64,000 nucleotides of DNA from a virus. Lineage: Duplodnaviria > Caudoviricetes. Numbering within the stretch: position 1 is the first letter of the stretch; every line of letters begins with the position of its first letter. The DNA lies in IMG/VR virus record IMGVR_UViG_3300014203_000001, positions 96,001 through 160,000 of that record. One strand, written 5' to 3'. Below the pieces are notes generated by a model, which ran no database searches, was not told the DNA's origin, and worked only from the letters and a program-made list of their open reading frames with translations. Positions 19,981 through 29,253 of the stretch are shown here, piece by piece. Both the position numbers and the translations under genes were made by a program.

Positions 19981-20505
19981 TATAACTAATGCATATTTAC
20001 AATACTGTAGATATATAAATAATAAGTTATATAATACAGTAAGCATACCAGATACTATTATAGTATCTGGTATTATATTAATTCTTCTATTCTTTATTAA
20101 TCATGTCTATTTATCTTAATTTTGATCCCCCTTACGAATATGTAGTACTTTTAGAAATTAATTTGATAATTTTATACGTATCTTAACTTTCTCTATTATT
20201 AGTATACTAATAATAGAGAAAACAGTAAAATAGAGAGAAGACTATAGTCTTCTCTCTAATCATATTCATCCTCTATTTCTCCTACCAAAATCCCCTCTAT
20301 TGATATGTAATTGTTTTAGTTTTTAATTTGTATTTCTCAGTAACATAGATAATTTCCTATATAAACAAGTATCTAATATAGGAAAAGACAGTATAATTAC
20401 AGATAATCAATGATTATCTGTTCTATCTCTAATTAATCATGTCTATTCTCTTATTTCAGATCCCCCTTATGAATATGTCATGCTTTTAGAAATTAATTTG
20501 ATAAA
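19981..20505 (-). repeat. Three tandem ~165-170-bp non-coding units (hairpin-ACAGTA-hairpin-pyrimidine tract-promoter motif-TTTTAGN4TAATTTG)
   Basis: 20097-20169 and 20433-20504 are near-identical; the middle unit is diverged but colinear; late-type motifs at 20133-20144, 20298-20309, 20468-20479. Confidence 0.8.
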
Positions 20506-20519
20506 AATATCAATAGTTA

Positions 20520-20535
20520 TATATTATAAGTATGA
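20520..20535 (+). promoter_or_regulatory. Early-type promoter TATATTAT-N5-TGA
   Basis: TATATTATAAGTATGA. Confidence 0.75.
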
Positions 20536-20568
20536 ATAGTAATAAAATATATAAAGGTGGTATAACTA

Positions 20569-20907
20569 ATGGAAAAGATAGTAGTTACAGTGGAGAATAT
20601 TAAGGAGGTATTTGATAAGATTAAGTCGTTACAATCTCCTAAAAAAGACATTGAATTAGAATATGGAATAGTAGATATTGCTAATGTATTTACAACTACT
20701 GAATGTAGTTGTAAGTTAAAAGAGTACAAGGTTGGAATATATAATTATATCAAATACAACCAATCAAATGTTAAAATCGAGATAAACTTCGACCTAGGAA
20801 CTAATATAATATTTCCAGGAATGGTTATAGTATTTGAAAAGGATTCATTCTACATATATTCAGATATAAAACTTCCAGTTATATCTCAAAGGTTTACTAT
20901 TAAATAA
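20569..20907 (+). CDS. Hypothetical early protein, likely paralog of 21210..21704
   Basis: N-term IVVTVENIKEV vs IILTTENTKSV; C-term VIVFEKDSFYIY vs LVIFDDVLFIY. Confidence 0.75.
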   Translation: MEKIVVTVENIKEVFDKIKSLQSPKKDIELEYGIVDIANVFTTTECSCKLKEYKVGIYNYIKYNQSNVKIEINFDLGTNIIFPGMVIVFEKDSFYIYSDIKLPVISQRFTIK

Positions 20908-20909
20908 AA

Positions 20910-21121
20910 GACACAATATATGCAGTAGTACTAAATTGTACTACTGCATATATCAGTGTAAAAAGGATGTAATAGTATATCAAAATGTTATTTTACTAGA
21001 TCGCCCAAATCTAATAAAATAATCAGAAGTAATCAAAAGGGAAGGTATTGTGTGCGAAGCAATACCTTCTATATATGGGGATAATAAGAGGAGAGAGTTA
21101 GCTGCTTGCATAACTAACTTT
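20910..21121 (-). ncRNA. Candidate structured small RNA with multiple anti-Shine-Dalgarno tracts
   Basis: GACA-N6-TA motif at 21121-21132; hairpins 21096-21119, 21041-21069, 20988-21022 (mismatches become G-U only on minus); terminal 16-bp hairpin 20916-20953; no ORF. Confidence 0.55.
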
Positions 21122-21209
21122 ACATATATGTCTATCAGTTATTATTTTTTATAAATATATATTATATAGGTGAGCAATAAATATATTGCATCATAAGGAG
21201 GAATTAATT

Positions 21210-21704
21210 ATGGATATGATTATTTTAACTACAGAAAACACGAAGAGTGTTAAAGAGAAATTAATAAAGTTTTTAGGTAATAGTGACTATTGCACTTATA
21301 TGAAAGGAATGAGAGGACCAGCTAAATTAAATAGAAAAGAAGCTTTTTGTGGATGTGATTTTAATAGAGTTGCTATTTTGAAAGGTTTTAAAATATGTGG
21401 CAATATGGAACTTTGTGATGCTATAGATGATAAATTTCAGTATACTACAGCTGCTACTGGAATCGATATATGTTTATCGCATGGGTTAATCAATATACCA
21501 ATCAATACAACGCTAGTTATTTTTGATGATGTGTTATTTATATACTATGATAAGACATTAGGGGAACAATGCGCTAGAATCAGTTTACGTAATGACGAAG
21601 AAGTTAATGCAGATAAGGATGAATTTGGTAAGTATATTATAGAAGAGATCAAAGAAATTACTGTTAAAACAAACCCGATGCGTAAACTTAGAACTGACAA
21701 ATAA
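21210..21704 (+). CDS. Hypothetical early protein
   Basis: AGGAGG RBS before ATG 21210; early motif 21158-21173. Confidence 0.8.
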   Translation: MDMIILTTENTKSVKEKLIKFLGNSDYCTYMKGMRGPAKLNRKEAFCGCDFNRVAILKGFKICGNMELCDAIDDKFQYTTAATGIDICLSHGLINIPINTTLVIFDDVLFIYYDKTLGEQCARISLRNDEEVNADKDEFGKYIIEEIKEITVKTNPMRKLRTDK

Positions 21705-21711
21705 AAAGAAA

Positions 21712-21748
21712 ATATACACCACGGTACAAATTGTACCGTGGTGTATAT
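21712..21748. terminator. Bidirectional palindrome between convergent genes
   Basis: 18-bp arms ATATACACCACGGTACAA/TTGTACCGTGGTGTATAT. Confidence 0.8.
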
Positions 21749-21751
21749 CTA

Positions 21752-22477
21752 TTAGTTATTATTTTCTACAACAGAGAAATCTAAATCTTCTCTAACTATC
21801 TTAGTTCCAGAACTAAACGAAATGGTATATTTCATATCCTTAGTATCTTTGAATGATACATATCCTCCTGGAACTGTAAAACCTTTAAGTTTTATTTTTT
21901 GTAACATTGCAAAGAAATCGTTATTCTGTACTGGCTCGTCGTTACAAGTTATGGCTGTAATGTTTCCTTGAATATTGTAAGCTGAGATGATCTTATCGAT
22001 AACAGCTAGCTCATTATCAATAACATCTTTAATCTCTTCATTTGTTTTAGTAATAGCTTCAACTAGATCTTCTTCTATATTAGGTTCATTATCTTCGCAA
22101 TACATAGATTGATAAAAGTCTACGGCATTGGTTCTAATATCATTCTTTTTACTTTTTTCATTTAGTTCGCTTAGAGGAGTATCCATTACAGCTTTAATAG
22201 CTTCCTCTTCTAATTTTAATATAGTTTCTAGATCCTTATCTTCTAATTCGATAAGTTCTCCATCTGATAATATAACGAATATAGCAGATTTTAATTCCTC
22301 TGCGGCTTGTCTAATTGTATCTAGACACGTTTGATACGTACCAACCAAAGCACCCTTTTTAATTTCATTGAGAGTTGATATAATATCTGCACAAACTTTT
22401 ACCCTGAATACCTCATCACAATCATTTGGTTGTGGTGTTAAGAATATAAATACAGTATTTGTAATATTTGGTTCCAT
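21752..22477 (-). CDS. Hypothetical acidic protein
   Basis: 241 aa, AGGAGG RBS. Confidence 0.8.
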   Translation of the reverse strand: MEPNITNTVFIFLTPQPNDCDEVFRVKVCADIISTLNEIKKGALVGTYQTCLDTIRQAAEELKSAIFVILSDGELIELEDKDLETILKLEEEAIKAVMDTPLSELNEKSKKNDIRTNAVDFYQSMYCEDNEPNIEEDLVEAITKTNEEIKDVIDNELAVIDKIISAYNIQGNITAITCNDEPVQNNDFFAMLQKIKLKGFTVPGGYVSFKDTKDMKYTISFSSGTKIVREDLDFSVVENNN

Positions 22478-22478
22478 T

Positions 22479-22989
22479 TTAGTTTCCTCCTTTTGAGAAT
22501 AAAGTAGTTACAACAAGTTTAGTTGTATTGAAGGTAGCGGGCGTCATAATCCTTTTATAATATGATTCATTCGAATGGAACCAATCTAGTGCGGTATTAT
22601 TAAACTTATATCCCATCTAGAATCATTTCAGCAATATATACTCTATCCATATCAATAGGATGGTCTCCCGCTTTATCTCTCATTACCCAATACTCTGGAT
22701 GATGTTTATTGGTATTCATATGGTGTAGCCATGCTTTATCAAATTCAGTATGTATTGTTTCATCGCCAATATCATCACTATCTGGATAGAACTTCTTTTT
22801 ATACCCAGAAAACTCAGCTATTGCAAATTTAGAATTATCGTGAACATTTGTATTCATACCTAACTTTGTTGATAATGATTCATTTTTCATTATACCTAGT
22901 ATTTCCATTCCATATTCTATAAAAGCTTTCTTTACATTGTCTTTATGGTCAATAATATATTCTTGATATTTCTGTACTTGTTTTGTCAT
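22479..22989 (-). pseudogene. HD-like (DUF5662-type) protein, frameshifted at ~22615
   Basis: HK..V, HDNSK, HH...NKHHPEYW, EMILD motifs. The expected tail MGYKFNNTALDWF...KGGN* lies in another frame (22479-22616) and ends 1 nt before the next ATG. Confidence 0.65.
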
Positions 22990-23093
22990 TTTAACCTCTC
23001 CCTTAATATCTATTTTATTATATAGTAAATATCCGTATACAAATATACTAGAGTTGGTACAATATAGTAAATTTAAAAAGGGGGAGTTTGGTA

Positions 23094-23762
23094 ATGAGTG
23101 GAAAAATTATTGTATTTGAGGGGTTAGATTGTAGTTTTAAAGAGACCAATTCTAAGGCTTACTACGAGTATCTTTTATCTAAAGGAGAAAAGGCAAGTAT
23201 ATATCACTTTCCTAAATATGAAGAAGAATCTTCTTATTTTGTAAGAGAGTATCTTGCTGGCAAATATGGAGATACTAAAGAATTAAATCATGGGGTAGTA
23301 TCTATGCTGTATATGGTAGATATGTTCGATAGTGCTAAGAAACATATCATTCCAGATTTAATGGATGGAAAAACTATTATTCTAGATCGATATTGGTATT
23401 CTAATCTTTACTTTAGAATTGGTATTTCTAGAATGATTAAAGATAATATTCTACCTAATTGGATATGCGATACTATAGGAGCTATTTCTAAAATATTAGA
23501 ACTACCTACAGCTGATATTGTAGTGAAATTAAAATCAAACCCTGGCGTTATGCTAGATTTTGTACATAAAAAGAACACAAAGAATGATCAACACGAAAAC
23601 AACGACGAGCTTCTACTTACAGTAGCAGATGTTTTTAATAATATAAATCTTGGAGATTATGTAAACGATAAAGTTGTTGACGTATATACAACTAACAATG
23701 GAGAAGTACGATCTAAGGACGATATCTTTAGTGATATCTTAAAGGTATTATGCGATGAATAG
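23094..23762 (+). CDS. tmk: Thymidylate kinase-like (atypical P-loop EGLDCSFKET)
   Basis: IIVFEGLD P-loop, HFP, ILDRY..SN, LPTADIV motifs. Confidence 0.8.
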   Translation: MSGKIIVFEGLDCSFKETNSKAYYEYLLSKGEKASIYHFPKYEEESSYFVREYLAGKYGDTKELNHGVVSMLYMVDMFDSAKKHIIPDLMDGKTIILDRYWYSNLYFRIGISRMIKDNILPNWICDTIGAISKILELPTADIVVKLKSNPGVMLDFVHKKNTKNDQHENNDELLLTVADVFNNINLGDYVNDKVVDVYTTNNGEVRSKDDIFSDILKVLCDE

Positions 23763-24195
23763 TGATGGGGATAGAGTAATAGCTATCTTAACAGATAGAA
23801 CATTTTGTATTAGAAATGTAGCTGTTGTGATTGATCATGTGAATAGCATAATTTCTAAAAATAGAGATGCTATTTATATATACGGAATGAATGAACGGGT
23901 AGATTCTCATGTAGAGTATTTTGCTAGAACATATGCTCTTCCTAAAGATGCTCTTAATAAATTTGAATATGATGCGACTAGCCCGTTAGCTATATCCAAA
24001 GAGTTCTTTTCTTTATTACGATATAATATCGATGAGCTTCATCTATTCACCGATTATCCAAATTCAGATACAGCTTCACTTATTACTAGGTGTAAAGAAG
24101 CAGCAATTCCAGTAACTATTATAAATAGTTCTCCTGATATTATATATGATGCAAAATCTAATGGTAGTGTAACTTATTATAAAAGAGGGGTATAA
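23755..24195 (+). CDS. Degenerate SLOG-family (YspA/DUF2493-like) protein
   Basis: Pattern VIAILTDR..IYG...VD..VEYFA..DELHLF..T..LI...IPVTII. Confidence 0.45.
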   Translation: MNSDGDRVIAILTDRTFCIRNVAVVIDHVNSIISKNRDAIYIYGMNERVDSHVEYFARTYALPKDALNKFEYDATSPLAISKEFFSLLRYNIDELHLFTDYPNSDTASLITRCKEAAIPVTIINSSPDIIYDAKSNGSVTYYKRGV

Positions 24196-24196
24196 A

Positions 24197-25531
24197 ATGG
24201 GAATACTAAATACCGTCAAGAATTTATTTAGTAAGAAAAAGAAATTTGATAAAGAAGTAATTATCAAACAGAAAGTAGATGAGTATGGTGATTTAAGTGC
24301 AACTCTTCTATCTTTTAGTGATGCATCTTATATGTCTAGCTTAGCAGCTAAGATGTGTATAGGGCAAGAACCAGATGAGGATTATGAGAAAAGATTAGAC
24401 CATATTAGTAGAGTTGTTAATAGAGGACACGAATCCACTATTGCTCATTCTAATATAGTAATTCTTCTTCTTATGGATAAGAATTTCAGTGAGAAGTTTA
24501 CCGAGGTTTCTAATGCTTTGAAGTTTACAGATTATGCTGTTTCTAAACAAGAAGACGAATCTATCGCTATCCTTATAGGTGGTAGTATTAGAGCATATAA
24601 GTACTTTTTCAGAGAAGTTAGAGATCTCAGTAATCCTATTTGCACTGTTATTAAAGAAACTCTATATCAATCCGCCGAGTCTGTATTCTTTGAAGACTTT
24701 ATCGCAGATGGGATTATGGATAAAGAAAAATGTAGATTCTATCCAATTACTTCTACTGAAGATAAACTGGAAGAACTTACTGATGCAGAAGGTAAGAAGT
24801 ACGAAGAAAGTTTCTGTGATGCTGTAAAGAAAGAACGTGTAGTTATTAAAGGTAAAGTTTGTGATATCTTGTCTGCAGATGATGTTCTTGGTATTCTAGA
24901 TAGAACAGAGCAATATGGGTTTACTTTAAGAGATGTACTGAAACTTACTTCTTGTACTATTGTATTTCACGATATCTCAAGAGCAATAGCTAATCAAATT
25001 ACTAGACATTTTGCTGGTATTTGTCAAGAATCGCAAAGATATGTAGATTATAGCAAATCTAACTTTATTGATCCTAGCCAATTCAATATAGAAAAGTATC
25101 CAGATAAAGATAAGAAATATGAGATTGATATAAATGGTATACTACTTAGTATAAAATCTCAAGAATTAGGAGATCTATTACAATCTATATATCCTCAATT
25201 GATAAGCCAAGGTATGCTAAAACAAGATGCCCGAGGATATCTACCATTTAATGTTGCGAGTAGGCTGGTTATGACGTTTACATTTGCCGATCTTATCCAT
25301 TTTATTAAAGAGAGAAGATCACCTGCCGCTCAACCAGAAGTGAGAGTAGCTACTGATGAGCTAATTAATAATCTATATACATATGATTTAACCGCATTCT
25401 TATTTACATCTAATGGGATAGATAATCTTATAACCTTATGCGAAACACCTGTATATAAATCTAAGAAAGAAAAAGAGTTATTAGATTTAGACAATTCAAT
25501 TGATGAAGTATTAGAGGAGGTAATAGAATAA
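24197..25531 (+). CDS. thyX: FAD-dependent thymidylate synthase ThyX-like (extended, 444 aa)
   Basis: GHESTIAH, ISRAIANQITRH...QESQRYV, QDARGYLP, R..PAAQPEVR motifs. Confidence 0.85.
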   Translation: MGILNTVKNLFSKKKKFDKEVIIKQKVDEYGDLSATLLSFSDASYMSSLAAKMCIGQEPDEDYEKRLDHISRVVNRGHESTIAHSNIVILLLMDKNFSEKFTEVSNALKFTDYAVSKQEDESIAILIGGSIRAYKYFFREVRDLSNPICTVIKETLYQSAESVFFEDFIADGIMDKEKCRFYPITSTEDKLEELTDAEGKKYEESFCDAVKKERVVIKGKVCDILSADDVLGILDRTEQYGFTLRDVLKLTSCTIVFHDISRAIANQITRHFAGICQESQRYVDYSKSNFIDPSQFNIEKYPDKDKKYEIDINGILLSIKSQELGDLLQSIYPQLISQGMLKQDARGYLPFNVASRLVMTFTFADLIHFIKERRSPAAQPEVRVATDELINNLYTYDLTAFLFTSNGIDNLITLCETPVYKSKKEKELLDLDNSIDEVLEEVIE

Positions 25532-25806
25532 TGACTGAATATATGAGATTAAAAAGTGCTAGTGAGGCAATGATGCCAGAGAACAAAAGAAGAGTAATTC
25601 TAGACAACGGTGAGATAAAAGATTTTATTGAACTGCAAGTTGGAGATATCTTTCAAATTCTAAACCCAGATGGAAATATCGAGCTTATGAAATATGAAGG
25701 TAAAGTTGTATCTTGGTTGGAGTGTAAGAGTAAACCATATCTAAATGATCAACAAAGACCAACAGTAAAAGCAGATCATTTAAATACACCTCCCAACCTA
25801 AGATAG
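25531..25806 (+). CDS. Hypothetical protein
   Basis: TAATG coupling to thyX, GAGGAGG RBS. Confidence 0.75.
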   Translation: MTEYMRLKSASEAMMPENKRRVILDNGEIKDFIELQVGDIFQILNPDGNIELMKYEGKVVSWLECKSKPYLNDQQRPTVKADHLNTPPNLR

Positions 25807-25863
25807 AAAATTATACACGGGTATACATTTAAATGACAATGAATGAGAAGGGGAGATTAATTA

Positions 25864-26376
25864 ATGGATAATTTTAAACAGTTCGAAACGTTCAAAGAAG
25901 GAATAACTGATCTAGTAGATACAATTCCAAATATTAAAGAATATATTGGTCTTACTACTAGGGAAAAAGATGTGGTAACACATCTAATGGGTAAAGTTGA
26001 AGACAACTTTCCTAGTATCTACAATCCAGAATATCCAGCGACTTGTGCTATTAGTATCAGTGCAGTAGAAGTTAGTTTTAAAACTAGAGGGTTTTATGCT
26101 TTTGGGTGGAGGGTAAACCCTAATACTGGAGTTTATAGCTTTAGGGTATCTTTTAGTGATACAAATACTTCAATTAGTAAAAGAACAATTGAAGCGGCAT
26201 TGAAAGAAAAAGGTTGGAATTCTAGAGAAAATAAACCTAGATCGACTAGAAGAAACAACCAACCTATTAAACAAGAAGCAAGCAAGCCCAAAGAAGTATC
26301 TACCGAAGAGCAACCTGATTATACAAAAGCTATTCCAGTAGAATATGTAAAAGATACTCCAACTGAATGTAGATAA
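25864..26376 (+). CDS. Hypothetical protein
   Basis: 170 aa, GGGGAG RBS, followed by a perfect 34-bp palindrome at 26379-26412. Confidence 0.8.
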   Translation: MDNFKQFETFKEGITDLVDTIPNIKEYIGLTTREKDVVTHLMGKVEDNFPSIYNPEYPATCAISISAVEVSFKTRGFYAFGWRVNPNTGVYSFRVSFSDTNTSISKRTIEAALKEKGWNSRENKPRSTRRNNQPIKQEASKPKEVSTEEQPDYTKAIPVEYVKDTPTECR

Positions 26377-26446
26377 TTATATACCCCTATTCCATATGGA
26401 ATAGGGGTATATTCTGTCTCTACATAGAGATAAGGAGGCGATCTAT

Positions 26447-27178
26447 ATGGCTAGAGATCCAAATGGTATTATAGGAATAGACTATAGTACAGTAAAAAGA
26501 GAAGTGGTGGAGTTTCAAAGCATACCAGATTTCGATATAGAAGATTATGATTTAAGTAATCCAAAAGACTTTCCTAAGTATATAGCTTCTATAGAGAAAA
26601 TATGTAGAGGTTCTTTTGAGTATAAGAAGTATGTAAACTTCTTGAGAGAACATGGGGATATGAATAAGTGTAGTTTCTTTGAGAATGTAACTAATATTGA
26701 TTCGTTCAAGATAAAGATACATCTACATCACGAACCTATTACATTATTCGATATAGTAATGGCAGTATATAATAAGAGATGCGCTTTTAGAGAATGCATT
26801 TCAGATGAAATGGTTGCCAAAGAAGCAGTATATAATCATTACAAGATGAATATAGGATTGATTCCTCTATCAGAAACAGTCCATGAACTCGTACATAATC
26901 AATATCTATTTGTTCCATCGACTGCAGTTCTAGGAATGTATAAGAATTTCATTCAGCAATATAAAGAGTTTATAGAACCAGAAACATTAGATAATATTAA
27001 GAAAATAGAAGTAGTTAGTGAGAATTACGATCATAGTAAAGCTCAATCTTTATTGGATACTAGAATGATATTTGTAGACCCATCAGGAGCATACAAATTA
27101 CCCAAATGTGAAGATGTTATCGCTAGTTTAAAAGGTAGGGTAGAAGAATTGAAAACTAATAGTGAAGTTACAAAGTAG
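26447..27178 (+). CDS. HNH-like (His-Me finger) protein, paralog of 36758..37444
   Basis: C...IHLHH.PITLFDI...LIPLSETVHELVHN; TACA-N6-TA at 26421-26432. Confidence 0.6.
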   Translation: MARDPNGIIGIDYSTVKREVVEFQSIPDFDIEDYDLSNPKDFPKYIASIEKICRGSFEYKKYVNFLREHGDMNKCSFFENVTNIDSFKIKIHLHHEPITLFDIVMAVYNKRCAFRECISDEMVAKEAVYNHYKMNIGLIPLSETVHELVHNQYLFVPSTAVLGMYKNFIQQYKEFIEPETLDNIKKIEVVSENYDHSKAQSLLDTRMIFVDPSGAYKLPKCEDVIASLKGRVEELKTNSEVTK

Positions 27179-27240
27179 TAATAACTAGATTTCTTAGTTA
27201 TATATTATATCTATGAATAATAATAAAGTGAGGTATAATT

Positions 27241-27363
27241 ATGCTACGTGTAGAGCTGGTAAAATTAAACAGGACTGCAACTATTAGATTACCTAGGAGA
27301 TATCCAAGGATAATCAAATCTTTTATCAACTTCATTGAAGAGAACTTTTTCCTATTCTTATAA
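27241..27363 (+). CDS. Small early peptide (40 aa, not in track)
   Basis: MLRVELVKLNRTATIRLPRRYPRIIKSFINFIEENFFLFL; early motif 27201-27216, GAGG RBS, hairpin plus T-tract after stop. Confidence 0.55.
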   Translation: MLRVELVKLNRTATIRLPRRYPRIIKSFINFIEENFFLFL

Positions 27364-27453
27364 GCAGGTATATCCTGCTTTATTTTTTCCTTGCGTGGAA
27401 CATATTAGTAAAATTCGCTCTGAAATAAGTGAATTAATTACGGAGGTGTAAAT

Positions 27454-27942
27454 ATGTCTTTATTTAAAAACCCAATGGCTCTAATCACTGAGATGAGCCG
27501 TGGAGAATGTCCTGGAAAATGTAATGATGATTTAACTGTAGATCTTACTCATATTGATTTTAGTGCACTATTGGATGATATGCAATCTATTAGTATGGGA
27601 GAGCTTAAGTTCACAGAGGCAATGGTAACCGTTAGAGAGTGTAGCCGTTTAGGTTTTGATTTAGTAGAAATCGATGAATTAGCTAAGTATATGCAAAGTA
27701 ATAAAATTCGTAACTTTAAAGAAGCAATTGAGAACATTGCTGAGCATTGTGAAAGAGACGCTTCTAAATTTGCTATCGTAATCGACGAGTCAGCTATCAA
27801 AGAAGCAATTCAGGAGGCAGAATATACTTTAAAATGCCCAGATGATATTCTACGTAAGGCTAAAATTAATGGTATTGTTGATACTAAAAAAGTATTAGAT
27901 ATGCTATATGATAATGGTCTGAATGTAGTTAAAAAGTCATAA
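27454..27942 (+). CDS. Hypothetical late (possibly virion) protein
   Basis: AACA-N6-TA at 27399-27410, GGAGG RBS, hairpin 27947-27982. Confidence 0.8.
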   Translation: MSLFKNPMALITEMSRGECPGKCNDDLTVDLTHIDFSALLDDMQSISMGELKFTEAMVTVRECSRLGFDLVEIDELAKYMQSNKIRNFKEAIENIAEHCERDASKFAIVIDESAIKEAIQEAEYTLKCPDDILRKAKINGIVDTKKVLDMLYDNGLNVVKKS

Positions 27943-28102
27943 AATGATATATCAGATAACCGTATTTGGTTATCTGATATATGCTGTGTAAAAATAATGC
28001 TGAATATATATTATATACTTGAAACACGAAAGGTATTTTGAACAAATACAAGAAAGTGCAAGACCAAATAGACAAAATTAAAAGAAAAGAGGAGAGAGTA
28101 AA

Positions 28103-28798
28103 ATGTTAGCATTTTTCAATGCGGTGAATACATACACCGACGCATCAATAGTAAAAGATCCAGAGGGTAATGGGTTTATAACCTGTGCTGGATTCGTAAC
28201 TGTATTTCATGGGGAAATCATAGATAGTGGCACGCAAATAGTTAGTGAAGCCACCAATAACTACGGGGAAATTATGGCGATTTATATGGGTATTCAAAGT
28301 TTGTTAAAGTTTAAAGATTATGACACATTTCTTAATCTATTCTCAGATTCAAGAATCTCTGTATTGGGATTGAGAGAATGGATATATTCATGGGTGAAGA
28401 ATATGCACCCCGAAACTTATATCTTAGTCAATTCTAGTGGAACTGAGGTTATGAACCAAGAGGTGTTTTGTAACATTGTAAATTACATCGTACAGAATAA
28501 TACACACTTATCTCTGTATCATCAGAGAGGGCATCAAGATCCAACAAATGTCAAAGATATGGAGGTTGTACGGGAATCGTTCCTATCTCAGAACAATGTC
28601 GCTCTGCCAGACGATATTATCAGAGAGATTTGCTACTATAATAACATGGTAGATGAAATGACAAGAAATATTTTATTAGAATCGCTCGAGTCGTCAATAT
28701 TCAATAAAGCTAAATACCGCAGACCAAAGATAATAGCTGCAAGAAGAGTATTAAACTGGAATATGTTAGGAAAATATAAGGAATTAATAGGAGGATAA
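28103..28798 (+). CDS. rnhA: Ribonuclease HI
   Basis: YTDAS, TNNYGEIMAI, SDS, W..W, HQRGH, N..VD catalytic motifs; early motif 28007-28022. Confidence 0.85.
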   Translation: MLAFFNAVNTYTDASIVKDPEGNGFITCAGFVTVFHGEIIDSGTQIVSEATNNYGEIMAIYMGIQSLLKFKDYDTFLNLFSDSRISVLGLREWIYSWVKNMHPETYILVNSSGTEVMNQEVFCNIVNYIVQNNTHLSLYHQRGHQDPTNVKDMEVVRESFLSQNNVALPDDIIREICYYNNMVDEMTRNILLESLESSIFNKAKYRRPKIIAARRVLNWNMLGKYKELIGG

Positions 28799-28802
28799 GA
28801 TA

Positions 28803-29198
28803 ATGGAAAAAATTCAAAGTGGTGTAGTAATTCAAAGAAGTAAATACCATACTGAGGCGATAAACTCATGTTATGATGAGTTTCTACGGCTAAGACCAGA
28901 TGCGAGTGTAATAGGAAATATATTCTATACATTGTTACAGGATGCAACTGCGTCTTATATCAAATCTATAGCAAAGATTGGAGACAATTCTATTTTAGAA
29001 GACAACTCTGAGCCTATAGTAAAATTAACCGAGAAGTATGCTAGAATATACTTCGCTATGAATAAAGAGGAACGAGTCTTATTGATGTTTAGATCGGCAT
29101 TGTATGATATAGTTCGAAGCTATGACGTTACTAATAAAAAGTACGATGTATTAGCTTCAACTATATATGAGAATATTAGGAAGTTAATAGTAGTTTAG
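28803..29198 (+). CDS. Hypothetical protein
   Basis: 131 aa, AGGAGG RBS. Confidence 0.75.
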   Translation: MEKIQSGVVIQRSKYHTEAINSCYDEFLRLRPDASVIGNIFYTLLQDATASYIKSIAKIGDNSILEDNSEPIVKLTEKYARIYFAMNKEERVLLMFRSALYDIVRSYDVTNKKYDVLASTIYENIRKLIVV

Positions 29199-29253
29199 AT
29201 CATATATTATATAAGTGAGCGTGTATATAAAATTATAAGAGGAGGAAACACAA

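Noticed and set aside
20188-20260. H/ACA-like hairpin-ANANNA-hairpin (ACAGTA)
   Set aside because: No pseudouridylation pockets, promoter motifs point to the other strand, and bacterial hosts lack the machinery.
19981-20505. CRISPR array
   Set aside because: Conserved parts are ~70 bp, units ~167 bp, variable parts are self-complementary hairpins, and there are no cas genes in the window.
20955-21100. Plus-strand CsrB-like GGA sponge
   Set aside because: GGA motifs are not in hairpin loops; G-U pairs and the promoter motif favour the minus strand.
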